Below are positions 13,345 through 26,112 of a stretch of 64,000 nucleotides of DNA, piece by piece. The notes beneath the pieces are model-generated. The model saw only the letters and a list, made by a program, of their open reading frames with translations, had not been told where the DNA came from and ran no database searches. How positions within the stretch are numbered: the first letter of the stretch is position 1; every line of letters begins with the position of its first letter. Made by a program: the position numbers and the translations under genes. Source of the stretch: Eledone cirrhosa (taxonomy: Eukaryota); NCBI GenBank assembly GCA_964016885.1, contig CAXHJY010000430.1, forward strand, positions 62,001 to 126,000. The letters run 5' to 3'.

Positions 13345-13388
13345 AATAAATTCTATATACCCGCATTTCCATTTCGTAAACTTCTCCT

Positions 13389-13426
<38 letters not shown>

Positions 13427-13771
13427 TAAAATAACAGATTAAAGTTTAAGCAAAGAGCCCTCTTTGGATTTTAGTCTTCAAATTTATTATTATTACTATA
13501 TACATATATATATATACACACATACACACCACACAAACTCATGTTTACACACGTGCTCAAGTATAGCTCTTTTTACAAAACGTTTTTTTTTCCATTTCAA
13601 GTAGACGCGCGCCATCATCCACTTTCCTAAAAAAACAAATCATACACAAAACGCCAGCACCAACAGTTTTGCAAGAGATGTCAACATGAATGGACCTGTT
13701 ATTTTTATCTAAAGACATTTTTTCCAATTCCATCCCGCCCGTCCCCTCACTCTATTTTATTTCTCGTTTTT

Positions 13772-13807
13772 TCTTCTGATGAAGGAATAGCGTCCGAAAC
13801 ATTAAGA
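13772..13807 (+). ncRNA. Minimal HHR, probably decayed
   Basis: TCTT-CTGATGA-A-GGA-ATAGCG-TCC-GAAA-C-ATT-AAGA. The expected AACGTT stem III appears as AACATT, consistent with CpG decay. Confidence 0.45.
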
Positions 13808-13920
13808 CCCTCTTCCTGCTATATCAAGCGTTAACCTAATATATACCTTCCATATACTGTGCCGATTGTGTTATTTCTGTTTACCTTTTACATACATATA
13901 TATATATATACGAATGGGTG

Positions 13921-13969
<49 letters not shown>

Positions 13970-13974
13970 CTTTG

Positions 13975-14038
13975 TATTTTATCTGATGAAAGCGTACCAA
14001 AATTTTTTTGGTACCCTTGAAATATATATAATAGAATA
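13975..14038 (+). ncRNA. Type-I hammerhead ribozyme, family E (element about 13963-14175)
   Basis: TATTTTAT-CTGATGA-AAGCGTACCAAAA-TTT-TTTTGGTACCCTT-GAAA-TATATA-T-A-ATAGAATA. It has an 8-bp stem I, a 12/13-bp stem II and an AUA triplet. Confidence 0.8.
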
Positions 14039-14172
14039 AATATGGTTTTATAAATATAGTTTCCATTTATTTAATATCATTGAATATTTACTCCAGAAAC
14101 TTGTCGAGTGCTCTGAATCAGTTATAAACCTTTATATTTGTTGGATTTCCAACACATTACATATCCCTTCTA

Positions 14173-14242
<70 letters not shown>

Positions 14243-14429
14243 GAGAAAGAGAGAAAGAGAGAGAGAGAGTGAGAGAGACGGCACGAGAGTGAGTTGTATA
14301 AATCTATATGTAATTGTCTTGTACATATTTAGGAATATTTACTCATCGTCTCACATCGGTTTGTGACGTTAACCCCTTATAGGTTGTGTGTAAGTGAGTG
14401 TGTATGTGTGTGTGTGTGTATGTATGTGC

Positions 14430-14500
<71 letters not shown>

Positions 14501-14892
14501 CGTTTATGTGCGTGCGCGTGTATATTTATGTGTGTGTATGTAAGTGTGTATGAGTGAGTGTGCATGTGTTCATGTGTATATGAGTGTGTGTATGAGTGTG
14601 TATGAATGTGTGTATGCGTATATGAGTGTGTGTATGTGTGTATGAGTATGTGTATGTGTGTATGTGTGTAAGTTTGTGGAATATTCTGTGACTCAGATGT
14701 TTAGCGACAGACTTAGTGTAGGAAGGTGTTAAGCTATGAATAATAAAGCGACAGCAGAAGTTAAATCTACCACATTTGTGATAGTCATGCCCTGGGTACC
14801 AGGATCTAATCCTATCAACGTTTGCAAATATAATGACGTTTTCGCCCCACCCCCCCCCCCCCCCCCCCCCCCCCTGTCTAAATATACATATA

Positions 14893-14925
<33 letters not shown>

Positions 14926-14926
<1 letters not shown>

Positions 14927-15413
14927 CTAGCCGAATTACCCGCGCCTTGCTGCGTTTCACACATTTATTTTGTAAGAAAATTGATGAATGATTTTAAATC
15001 AGTGATATAATTTATGGAGAAAAACTCTGCATTTCAATATTACTAAATGTAAAATGTAATGCATGAAAAATTGGAAAACATTATTTTTTTGTAATATATC
15101 AAATCAAAATTACATTATTAAATCTTATTCTTATTTTGATTCTTGTAAATAATCTTTTTCAAAATATCAATTCAAGACTTTTGTGAATAGGCATCATATC
15201 TTGTCATTTACCTATGGGAAATCGAAGGGAAAAAAATTTTCAGCGGGGGTTTGTGCCCCCGGGGAACCCTTTGACTAAAATGAAATATATTTATCCAAGT
15301 ACCCTGGGCAATGTAGTTTCAGAATATATATGGTTATGGGGGTCTACCTCCAAAACCATAGGAGGAGTTCGTGAACAAACAGACAGACAGGAACTACAAC
15401 TTTATATATATAT
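14926..15413 (+). mobile_element. Non-autonomous Helitron-like element (Lep1-type ends)
   Basis: 5' end ACTAGCCGAATTACCCGCGCCTTGCTGCG; 3' end ggagttcgtgaacaaacagacagacag..ctttatatata. It is inserted in (TA)n, and a second copy lies at 34725. Confidence 0.55.
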
Positions 15414-15445
15414 ATTCTTTGCTTAAACTTTAATCTGTTATTTTA

Positions 15446-15488
<43 letters not shown>

Positions 15489-15532
15489 TAACAGATTAAA
15501 GTTTAAGCAAAGAATCGCTGCTTTCACCCTGG
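15414..15532. mobile_element. Two family D tails facing each other across a (TA)n
   Basis: attctttgcttaaactttaatctgttattttaata-(TA)n-tattaaaataacagattaaagtttaagcaaagaat. Confidence 0.7.
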
Positions 15533-15555
15533 ATTTACTTTGTATATACATATAT

Positions 15556-15633
<78 letters not shown>

Positions 15634-15634
15634 G

Positions 15635-15687
<53 letters not shown>

Positions 15688-15689
15688 GC

Positions 15690-15960
15690 AGAAGTTATAT
15701 TTAATTTGTTGGGATTCCAACAAACTTAAAAGTTTATAACTGATATAGAGCACACAACAGCGAATTAGAGCACCATCCATCCAGCGAATTTTAAACCTCA
15801 AGGTTGTTTTCCACGGCTATGTCACTATTTATAAAAAAATCAAAATTTTGTATTTGATGAAAGCGCACCAAGACTGTCTTGCTTGCCCTTGAAATATATA
15901 TAATAAAATAATTATGGTTTTATAAATATAGTTTCCATTTATTAATATATTAATATATTG
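15690..15960. mobile_element. Family E copy with an inverted segment and a decayed HHR
   Basis: 15848-15960 matches 13970-14085 (core TTGATGA). About 15705-15755 is the reverse complement of about 14105-14155. Confidence 0.6.
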
Positions 15961-15997
<37 letters not shown>

Positions 15998-16000
<3 letters not shown>

Positions 16001-16104
16001 CGAAGGAAATGTGGCAAGGAACCAGGTGGACCATAACGCACCAAAGTACTCAATACTTAGGGTAGTAGAGTGGGTAATAGGAACGAGTAGGGGTCCTACT
16101 CGTT

Positions 16105-16109
<5 letters not shown>
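15998..16109 (-). mobile_element. Family F hairpin element in (TA)n
   Basis: Reverse complement of the tail ttacccactctactaccctaagtattgagtact..ccttcgtta, plus a short palindrome at 16077-16109. Confidence 0.8.
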
Positions 16110-16155
<46 letters not shown>

Positions 16156-16356
16156 CGAATAAATAATCTGTTTTCATGTGTTACACACAATATAACGTAG
16201 TAGGTATGAGAAGTCAGACATTGGTGTTTGTCTTCATAAATGCTCATACATCCTCTTATTCTGTTCTCTATATCACACATCTTTATATACAGTGAACCAG
16301 GAATTTTAATATTATCACCTCTAGCAACGGTTGGAACTTGACATACGGAAATAACA

Positions 16357-16650
16357 TTAGACTGAAGTTATAGTAAAATATTTCTTTTGTTTTTCCTGTC
16401 GGCCATTAATATTATATGAGACCACACGATATTTGCAACCCTTTCTAGGAATTAATCTCTTTAGAGTGGATAGTGAATATACAGCACCGTTGATGTCAAC
16501 AACCTCTTCCAGTGTGTACCATTCAGATATAGAGGTCATCTAGTGCTAGTAAACTACGGCGAGAGTACATGTTTATAACCTCTCAGACCTGAATTCTTTC
16601 CATTGTGTTCTCCAGAATGATTAACGCATTTTGGCTTCAAACGGTGTTAG
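16357..16650 (-). pseudogene. Possible decayed fibronectin type-III-like coding fragment
   Basis: WYTLEE...STLKRLIPRKGCKYRVVSYNING resembles the FN3 L-x-P-x3-Y-x-F-R-V-x-A-x-N-x2-G motif. An upstream frame gives GEHNGKNSGLRGYK, with stops and frameshifts in between. Confidence 0.3.
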
Positions 16651-17137
16651 ACGAAATAACGTTACTATTAATGGAAATTGTGTTGTTGTTGTTAGTGGTG
16701 ATAATTATTACTTTGTACTGCAGATGTTGGAGGCGGTGTAGTCGTTGTTGTTGTTGTTGACGGCGGGGTGATAGGTGCCATTACTAGGGCTGATGGTTGT
16801 TGGTGTCGTTGTTGTTGTTGTAGATGTGATGATGATGATGTTAATGGTGGCGGTGACGGTGGAGACGTGACGGTGATGTACGTAGTGTTGTTGTTGTTGT
16901 TGTTGTTGGTGTCGTTATTGTTGTAGATGTGATGATGATGATGGGAAGAGGAGAAATAAGTGAGTCAAGAATTCATAGGTGGAGGCTGATGCGAAATCAG
17001 CCAACATGGAGGAGCACAGATCACTGTAGTAGAGGTATAACAGGGGGAGAGGGAAGACAAACACGTCTGTGAATCAGAGGGTGAACATTATAGGAGAGCA
17101 GCTTCATGCCGATCAGTCAGGTGACATTTGTTTTGCT

Positions 17138-17372
17138 TGGATCAGCTAGAAATAACAGTCAAATCTCTCACAAGTGGTACCCTGGTGTAGTATAAAAGTA
17201 TCGGGCAGGCCTATGATAAAAGGCATCCCTGCTGCGACCACACCATATTTTTCTTCAGTGCACAGAACACACGACTACAATTTCCAATGTTTCCTTTTCT
17301 AAGAGGGTGGAGGCAGATTTGGCTGCTATTTCTAGCACATCGCGCGACCACGTAAATGCATCTTCGTTGGGT
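17138..17372. mobile_element. MITE-like family C copy with inverted ends
   Basis: gctagaaataacagtcaaatct (about 17146) / agatttggctgctatttctagc (about 17315). The same motif recurs at about 19515, 21140, 25675, 29580 and 52800. Confidence 0.5.
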
Positions 17373-17714
17373 CGACGATACGCAACGACATATGTAGGTA
17401 AAAGAAAACCCAAGGGTTGTCTATGGGAGGTGGTGTGTAATAGTTAAGAAGGTCCGCCTAATAACCCCGTCTTTTCATTAACATCCACTGCCTTGATTAC
17501 TTATGAAGATTTGTCATCTGTCTTTATATAAACACTCGGCTGACAACATTGTTCTCTGCAATACCTCCCTCCCTATCTTCTGTCACAACACCCCGCCATT
17601 CACACTATCAAAGCAACTGATGGAAAGGCGGGGCAGGCAGAAATTGCTAGGTCTTCGATGGGTGGAGGAAAGATTCTTTTAATCTATTGTTTAGCTTAAT
17701 TTGTGACCTGCTGT

Positions 17715-18262
17715 GGCTAGGGTGGTGGTGGTGGTGGGGGTGGGGGGTCTTGGTGGCGGTGGTGGTGGTCTTGGTGGTGGTGATGATGGTGGTGGGTGGT
17801 GGTGGTGGTGGTCTTGGTGGTGGAGGTGGTGGTGGTGGTCTTGGTGGTGGTGGTGGTGGTGGTGGTGGTCTTGGTGGTGGTGGTGGTGGTGGTGGTGGTG
17901 GTCTTGGTGGTGGTGGTGGTCTTGGTGGTGGTGGTGGTGGTCTTGGTGGTGGTCGTGGTGGTGGTGGTCTTGGTGGTGGTGGTGGTCTTGGTGGTGGTGG
18001 TGGTGGTCTTGGTGGTGGTCGTGGTGGTGGTGGTGGGGGGGGGGGGGTCTTGGTGGCGGTGGTGGTGGTGATGATGGTCGTGGGTGGTGGTGGGTGGTTG
18101 TGGTGGTGGTGGTGGTGGTGGTCTTGGTGGTGGTGGTGATGGTGGGTGGTGGTGGTGGTGGTGGTGGTGCTGGTGGTGGGTGGTGGTGGTCTTGGTGGTG
18201 GTGGTGGTGGTGGTGGTCTTGGTGGTGGTGGTGGTGGTCTTGGTGGTGGTGGTGGCGGTGGG

Positions 18263-18293
<31 letters not shown>

Positions 18294-18408
18294 GGTGGGT
18301 GGTGGTGGTCTTGGTGGTGGTGGTGGTGGTGGTGGTGGTCTTGGTGGTGGTGGTGATGGTGGGTGCTGGTGGTGGGTGGTGGTGGATGGCGGTGGTGGTG
18401 GTGGGTGA
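17715..18408. repeat. (GGT)n tract with periodic CTT interruptions
   Basis: Directly visible. Confidence 0.95.
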
Positions 18409-18558
18409 CAGTGTAAGAGTGAGGAACGGGCTGAGGGGTAATAAGAGAAAGTAAAAGAATGATGGAAGACAGAAAGGAAAAAAAAGAAAGGAAAGCAAAG
18501 AGATAGAGGGAGAAAAAGAAACTCTCTTTTTCGTTTCCCTCTTCTCTCTCTTTCTCTC

Positions 18559-18641
<83 letters not shown>

Positions 18642-18657
18642 GTGTATATATATATAC

Positions 18658-18692
<35 letters not shown>

Positions 18693-20025
18693 AATATAAA
18701 GAGAGAAAGAGAGAATGATAGATAAATAGCAAAAGAAGAAATAGTGAAAGGAGAAAAAAGAAGAAAAAAAACACTTTCTTTGTTCTTACACATTTTCTTG
18801 AAATTCACCCTTTTTCTACGTCACCCCCTCTCTCTCTTCCCCTCTCTCTCTCTCTCTCTCTCTTCCTGTCTCTCACCTCTCTCTCTGTGTCTTTCTTAGT
18901 CTTACTCTGTTCAGCATATTTCTCGCCCCCTTTTCCATCCTTCTCTATATTCCCTGCTCCACATCCCCCTCTCCTCATAACCCCTCCCTCGTTCACCCCC
19001 CCCCCCCTGATATCTTTTAATTTCACGTTAGACTTCCAGTTTATTTATCTCTTTATTTATTTATTTATATATTTATCTGTTTATTTATTTATTTATTTAT
19101 TTATCTATCTATCTATCTATTTCTTTATGTTCTCTATCGCGCCGCTTTTCTGGGGTTAACCAGGCGTGGGTTGAAGTGCAACTTGAGGACTGCTGCCAAT
19201 TATAAAGGGCAGCAAGTCAGGAGTATTCTGCTTCTTCAAACCAACAAACACACAGACCAACCGACCCACCGTGCAGCCAGCCGACTGGCAATACAATAAC
19301 ACACACATATATTCACCGCCAGACAAACAACAACTGCCAAGCGCAAATACAAAGAAAAATAACTCCGGCATTGTTTGTGGAAATTATGCTTTATTTTATC
19401 TTCCCTTTGTTCTAGCCGAAAATTAGAAATTAGTGAGAAGACAACACTTCATGGTTCCTGCGGCTACCCAAACACTCTACACCAACAAGACAAGCCCATG
19501 CGTGGTTGAATGACTTGCTGGAAATAACAACCGCAGCTCAATTAAATCACACCCGACTGTCTTTTAAAAAACGATTATATCTTTATATCTAAGACCGTAT
19601 TATAGAATTTTGTATTAGATCATACACGAAGCCTATTTTTAAAAAAAATGAATAATATGAGAATTGATTGAAAAGAAACAATGCAATTATTAATAAGAAG
19701 ATTTGAAATTAATGTATGGAAGATTTCACAGCTCTAACATTACTCCTTCATAGTCACCCTATGGACGTTTTAGTCTACCCTTGTGTATAAATAAAACAAG
19801 ATACTTTTTATCAAGTCTAACTAAAAGTTAGGCAAGGCCAATTTTATTACCTGAGAAGCTGACTGCTATAAATCTCTCACAAGTGAACTCCCGAAACGCG
19901 AAAAACAGATCCAATACTTTCTTATTAAAATATTGTCATCTCTGCAATAGCGCCAACAAATTTCAGTGCCATCTTGAAAATCAGAGTACATCTTCTGCGC
20001 AATTTAAGTCACGTTGCTTATAACA

Positions 20026-20290
20026 GGAATTGAGAGATCACAGTTCCGATACTATGGTAATGTGGTTAGAATGTCTCAGGAAAGAACCGCTCGACAGATT
20101 TTACGGGCATGAGACCCAAGGGTAAACCCTGAGCAAGACGGTTGGATAACATCAATGAGCTTGGCTGCTCTCGCTTGAAGATCCAGCCGGATCAGTTGGG
20201 GACGGCTACTTCTGATTAGGTCGGCTGGCAGGAGTGTTTGAGGACTCTGCCCCAAGGACCCTCTCAGGAATAAGTGGGTGATGAAGAAGA
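20026..20290 (+). mobile_element. RTE-clade LINE 3' end (Rex3/Expander-like), decayed
   Basis: Translates as GIERSQFRYYGNVVRMSQERTARQILRA / RPKGKP*ARRLDNINELGCSRLKIQPDQL..W..CLRTLP, matching the RTE C-terminal pattern IERSQLRWFGH..RM..R..RPRGRP..RW. Confidence 0.75.
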
Positions 20291-20354
20291 GCCGTCTCTG
20301 CCCGTCTGTCACACGAACAATGTCAATGTAACTATATTATTCATTTTGGTAGCG

Positions 20355-20471
20355 AAGAAGAAGAAGAAGAAGAAGAAGAAGAAGAAGAAGAAGAAGAAGA
20401 AGAAGAAGAAGAAGAAGAAGAAGAAGAAGAAGAAGAAGAAGAAGAAGAAGAAGAAGAAGAAGAAGAAGAAG
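20355..20471. repeat. (AAG)n microsatellite
   Basis: Directly visible. Confidence 0.98.
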
Positions 20472-20702
20472 GTTCTAACAAAACAGTTGGGGGTATGTGT
20501 CAACGTGTGAAACATATTCTTGGTCAATCGTTTTGGAAAAAAGTGCAACCAACTCTTCAAATCACAACCCACCATCTTTTAAAAAGGAAGGACATTTTAG
20601 GTAATTCAGTTGTGTATGGACAGCAACAAACTATTATGAAAATATATATACGTACAATATCTTCGAAAGGTACAGTATTTCTAAGTATTATGTTATGTTG
20701 TG

Positions 20703-21040
20703 TGGTCCCGTAACTCGCGAGGGAGTCGCAGGTGCGCTTCATTGACATAGGGCGCACCTAGGGCATTTGTTAAAAACCTTACAGAGCCCATCTCTTTTCC
20801 AGGTCTGAATACAGCAGATTTCATCCTTAAGAAGGATAAAGAGTGAGAAAGAGGAAGTGAGGAAGAGATATACAGGAAAAGTCGATCCCAGTATGTGACT
20901 GGTACATTTTTATCGACCTCGAAAGGATGAAAGGTAAAGTTGACCTCGGCGGGATTTGAACTCAGAGAGTAGAGAGCTTAAACGAATATTATAAAACATT
21001 ATATCCAACTTTCTCACGACTCATCCAGTTCGCCGCCTAA
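20703..21040 (-). mobile_element. SINE family A, long-tail subfamily
   Basis: Same organisation as 6648-6960. Confidence 0.75.
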
Positions 21041-21431
21041 CTGATACATGCAAGAATATTTTAGACCGAATCAAAAGAAAGCTTTTGGCTGATTTGCAAA
21101 CCTTTACATTTCATCCTGTTACAACCATCATCTTGACCTGCAAGAAATAGCAGACAAATCTACCTCAAACCATACCATACTGCTTTATAAAATGGAAGAT
21201 TACATTGAATAATATAGCTCTAGATATACACAATATATATGAGGAAATGGCTGTGTTTAAACCAGACACAGTCTAATAACTAAAACCAGTATATCCCACG
21301 GGCGTATAGAAACTTCCTGACGTTGATAAAAGTAAAATAGATAAATGCTTAGAGACGTATTAAAAACGGAATATGTGAGATAATGATACGCAACGAATGA
21401 TAAATTCTACTCATTGAGTTGATTACAGTTA

Positions 21432-21514
<83 letters not shown>

Positions 21515-21715
21515 TGTGTGTGTGTGTATGTGTGTGTGTGCTTGTGTATTGTTTATATTTGTATGTCAATATCTCTGAAATTGCTATATATATACTCGAG
21601 TGTATATATAATCTTTCTTTCATTTCCACGTTTATGATATAAATACATACACTGAGCTATATATATATATATATATATTATTAGGACAACGGGATTGATG
21701 AGTTAATATCTGTAT

Positions 21716-21791
21716 ACCACAACTACAACGGTACGCGATGGGGCCCACCCACAGCCCCGGCGGACAGAATGGAGAAGGCGTTTCCCCGGAA
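21716..21791 (-). mobile_element. CRE-clade LINE extreme 3' end
   Basis: Near-identical to 29146-29219 (RGNAFSILS..VGGPHRVPL*). Confidence 0.65.
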
Positions 21792-22026
21792 CGCTAAAAG
21801 GTTACATGTTGAATTTTAGAAAAATCTTACATATTTTTATTCCTCCAATTATTAGTTGATTTCTTTCTTTGCTTGAAAAACTCAAACATTTTAGTTTACC
21901 ATTTCGACACTTAGTAACATAACATAATTGGTGGTTGATACACAGGTTCAGGTTACGGCTGCATTAGAAAAACTGTATATTATCTTAAATTAAGCGTTAG
22001 TAAATATGAAAATACACTCTTGACGG

Positions 22027-22194
22027 GTGCAATGTGTCCGAAAACGGAAGAGCCGAACTCCCACCGTCATCGCCCCCATCTCTCTCGCCCTCCCCAGCTC
22101 TCTGTATTGTGAGAAAATCGGGGTCCCACGTGCTGGCTGCCCCACAACCCCGGTGAACAGAATGGAGGCGTTTCCCCGGAAGATGGTACGGGAG
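22027..22194 (-). mobile_element. CRE-clade LINE 3' end, different subfamily
   Basis: Minus strand translates as IFRGNASILFTGVVG and is followed by a different 3' UTR. Confidence 0.5.
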
Positions 22195-22505
22195 TCATTA
22201 GAATGTCAGATAGAATGCTTTGTAGTATGCGTTTCGGATCTCTGCTTTCTGAGTTCAGATCCCGCCGAGACCAACTTTGCCTTTCATCCATTCAAAGTCG
22301 ATAAAAAGAAAGTACCAGTCTCATACTGGGGTTGATTCTTCCTCTATATATCTTCCCTCTCACTCTCTATCCTTCTCTAGAAGAAATCTGGTGTATTCCG
22401 ACCAGGAGAGGGATGAGATCTGCCAGGTCTAGAAACGCTGTATGGCCCCCTTTCGCCCCCCCCCCCCTCCACGACTCCCTCAGGAGTTACGGGACTATAC
22501 CATAC
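22195..22505 (+). mobile_element. SINE family A, long-tail subfamily
   Basis: gagttcagatcccgccgagaccaactttgcctttcatcc followed by the shared tail. Confidence 0.75.
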
Positions 22506-22537
22506 CAATATGTTAAAAGATATTGTTTGGTATAATG

Positions 22538-22670
22538 TGAAGGTGCGTGGCTGAGTGGTTAGAGAATTGGATTCGCAATCGTAAGGTTGTGAGTTCGATT
22601 CCTGGACCAGGCGATGCGTTATGTCCTTGAGCAAGACACTTTATTTCACGTTGCTCCTTCTACCTGGAGT
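22538..22670 (+). mobile_element. tRNA(Arg)-like CORE-type SINE
   Basis: tRNA head gtggctgagtggttag..ttcgcaa..gagttcgattcc, followed by the CORE-like tgtccttgagcaagacacttt. Confidence 0.7.
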
Positions 22671-23377
22671 TGCGACCGATAGATAGTATTAGCAATTGGA
22701 AAGACCAACGGAAACATTGTTCCCTCGGTCCGATTTGACGAAAGTCGATCGTTCCTATTGTGTAGTTTTGTACGACTACTAAGTAGTTCTGTTATTGGTT
22801 CCTAGTTAGAATTCCATTCTCTCACTATCTGTTTTACTCTGGAAGAAACCTGCTGTATTCAGACCAGGATAAAATTGGGTTCCGCCAGGTTTAAAAAATG
22901 ACCCCAAAAACGCCATATGTCAATACGGCGTCCCTACGACTCCCTCGGGAGTTAAGAGACCATGCAGGCATATATCAGCTGCAGCCACCCAGATATGAGA
23001 GCAATAATCTGGTTGTATATCATAGATATGCCTTCATCATATCTGTTCAGATGACCCTTTGTTGAAACTGCAAACGGTTCAACAACTATTTAGAGGTTGT
23101 GTATTTTCTCGCTTTGAAGTTTCCACATTGTTGCAGGTCTGGGGATGCTAGGATAAAGCGTGTTAACACATGTACACATGTACACATGTACAGGCATAGG
23201 AGCAGCTACATGCACACGCATGTTTGCATATATACATGTTAACATGCTTAGATAGGTTCAACTCATTAAGGTGATTGTAATCTATAGGGAGAGAAAGGGA
23301 TAACGAGAGAGAGAGAGACAGAGAGAGAGAGGAGGGAGAGAGAGAGAGAGAGGGGGAGGGAGAGAGAGATAGAGAGA

Positions 23378-23420
<43 letters not shown>

Positions 23421-24142
23421 TTCGCCTTAATGAGCTGAATCTATCATTCGCTTCAAAGCATCGTATTAACATGTATATATGCAAACATGCGTGTTCGTAT
23501 GCCTATACATATGTATATATGTATATATATATCTCTCTCTCTATATATATATATATATCTATATATCTATATATATATATATATATATAGATAGATATAT
23601 ACAGAGAGAGAGAGAAGGGGCGAGAAGGAGGGAAGCGGCAGCCATGTTCCAGCATAGCTTTGACACTACGAATTCTTGCCGAAGCAGGCAAATTCTCGCG
23701 TCACATTTAATTGTTTAAGTGATTCAAACTGCTCAAACAGCAGAGTAAATCCCTCTGCTCCCCCCCCCCCCCTCCCTCCACTTTCTATTTTATTACACTC
23801 ACATTTCTTACACAACTACACACTGCCTTTCTCTTCTTGCATATAGGAGTGAGGTGTGATCAGACTATAAGTAGATCAATCTATATATATATATATATAT
23901 ATATGGATATACTTATATCTATGTATATATGCTTATATATATATATATATATAAATATATACATACATATATATAAATATATACATACATATATATAAAT
24001 ATATACATACATATATATATAAAAATATATATATATATATACATACACATATATATATAAAAATATATATATATATATATACACATATATATATATATAC
24101 ATACATATATATATATAAATATAAATATATATATATACATAC

Positions 24143-24175
<33 letters not shown>

Positions 24176-24236
24176 CATACATATATATATATAAATATAT
24201 ATATATACATACATATATATATATATATATACATAC

Positions 24237-24267
<31 letters not shown>

Positions 24268-24347
24268 CATACATATATATATATATAAAAAAAAATATAT
24301 ATATACATACATATATATATATAAAAAAAAAATATATATATACATAC

Positions 24348-24378
<31 letters not shown>

Positions 24379-24379
24379 C

Positions 24380-24450
<71 letters not shown>

Positions 24451-24587
24451 CATACATATATATATATACATACATTCTTACATAAAAACATATGCATACA
24501 TGGACATGCATACACACACACACACATATATATATAAATATATATATACATACACACATACATACATATACATACATACATACATAC

Positions 24588-25101
24588 ATGGTGGCTGCCA
24601 ACTCGTTTTCGAGTACGGCCACTACTTTATATCCATGTAGGAGAACCCTTACCGATGCGCTGAACGAGTGTGACTTTTTAGTCCAGCCAGCGACTTGAAA
24701 ACTCTGGTACAAACACTACACTTGTGACAATTATTGACATATAGTGTTGGGCCCATGGTACCACGTGACGACAAGTGCAGAGAGATCTCCAGATATAAAG
24801 CAATGCCTGTGCCGTTGAGCTTTTATAGTGAGCAAAGCCAGTCTGCACAAAGCCAGTCCCACTCTCTTAACCAAGATGATATTTACCAAAAAGAAGAACA
24901 AGTCAACATCATTGGATACCATCAGGGTTGCAGGTGTTATATCAGAGTTTTCCTTCTCCTAGAATTCTGCGTTGACAAAGGCTAAGGGGTCATCTCTCCC
25001 GGTGATTTTGGATGGCCATTGACTCTTAAGAGCTCCTTTGCCCTTTGACAGGTTTTGTTTTTTGTCCTGCAGGATGTCCAAAGTCACCCTCCTCACCAAG
25101 A
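24588..25101 (-). mobile_element. RTE-derived bipartite non-autonomous retroelement, apparently full length (about 510 bp)
   Basis: An RTE 5'UTR-like motif (taggagaaggaaaactctga) is joined to an ORF C-terminus [23 protein letters not shown] (24649-24720), then the hairpin CTCG-AAAA-CGAG and an (ATGT)n tail. Confidence 0.75.
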
Positions 25102-25109
25102 ACATACAT

Positions 25110-25398
25110 ACATGATGGATGCAACTCGATTTTGAGTAATGCCATTGCTTGATACTTAAGCATGAGCATCATGGTCGTGGCTTTTAAGTCCAGCTAGGGA
25201 CTTGCCTATGGCCAGCCATGCCATTCCTCGCAAAAAATGTCACATATCAAACGATACCTGTGCTTGAAGCTTTACACCGGCCCAATCCCACTCTCTGAAC
25301 ATCGAATGTACCGAAAAAGAAGTGATTTACATATTTGAATGCAAACGAAGTCGCATGTTTTATATCAGAGTAACCTTCTCCTAGAGAGATGTCTTACT
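25110..25398 (-). mobile_element. Older diverged copy of the RTE-derived family
   Basis: Contains ctaggagaaggttactctgatataaaac, gagagtgggattgg and [11 protein letters not shown]. Confidence 0.6.
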
Positions 25399-25571
25399 GA
25401 AGACTAGGAGTCTCTTGCTAAAAAAAAAAAATGGAGAAAAATATGAGAAATATGAAAGTGAGGCCCAGGGAAGAAGAAAAAAAGATTATAAATATATAAG
25501 TATATAAACACACAGACATATATACACACACACATATATACATACATATATACACACACACATATATACAT

Positions 25572-25616
<45 letters not shown>

Positions 25617-25752
25617 TATAAACATACATACATATACACATATATATATATACAAAGTTTGTTTCAAAAGTACTTAGCTACTATTTCTAGCAGGTCAAAC
25701 GATGACCTCATTGATGATAGACAACATACGGGAACAGTGTGGAAAGAGATAG

Positions 25753-25797
<45 letters not shown>

Positions 25798-25882
25798 TGT
25801 GTATCTGTGTGAGTGTAATGTGTATGTGTCTATGTATATTTGTGCGTGTGTGTGTAAATATGTGTGCATGTGTGTGTGAAGG

Positions 25883-25960
<78 letters not shown>

Positions 25961-25968
25961 CTAACACA

Positions 25969-26003
<35 letters not shown>

Positions 26004-26058
26004 ACATATATATATCATCACCTCACTATTTAAAAAGGACGTTAAACGTTGAAGATGT

Positions 26059-26112
<54 letters not shown>

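Noticed and set aside
17715-18408. Telomeric repeat or functional G-quadruplex array
   Set aside because: The unit is GGT rather than TTAGGG, and such tracts are common microsatellites throughout the window.
19195-19240. CCAAT/TATAAAG core promoter
   Set aside because: Motifs only, with CCAAT abutting TATA and no supportable downstream exon or ORF.
22538-22610. tRNA-Arg gene
   Set aside because: The acceptor stem is not intact and the sequence runs into a SINE body. The same applies to the tRNA-like head at about 7047-7110.
24649-24729. Host C2H2 zinc-finger gene exon
   Set aside because: It is a single terminal finger inside a dispersed repeat, followed by a LINE-type 3' end.
24731-24922. 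Repeated ORF MVSNDVDLFFFLVN.. (also at 54536 and 59929) as a small gene family
   Set aside because: The recurrence reflects repeat copies, and the frames diverge by indels between copies.
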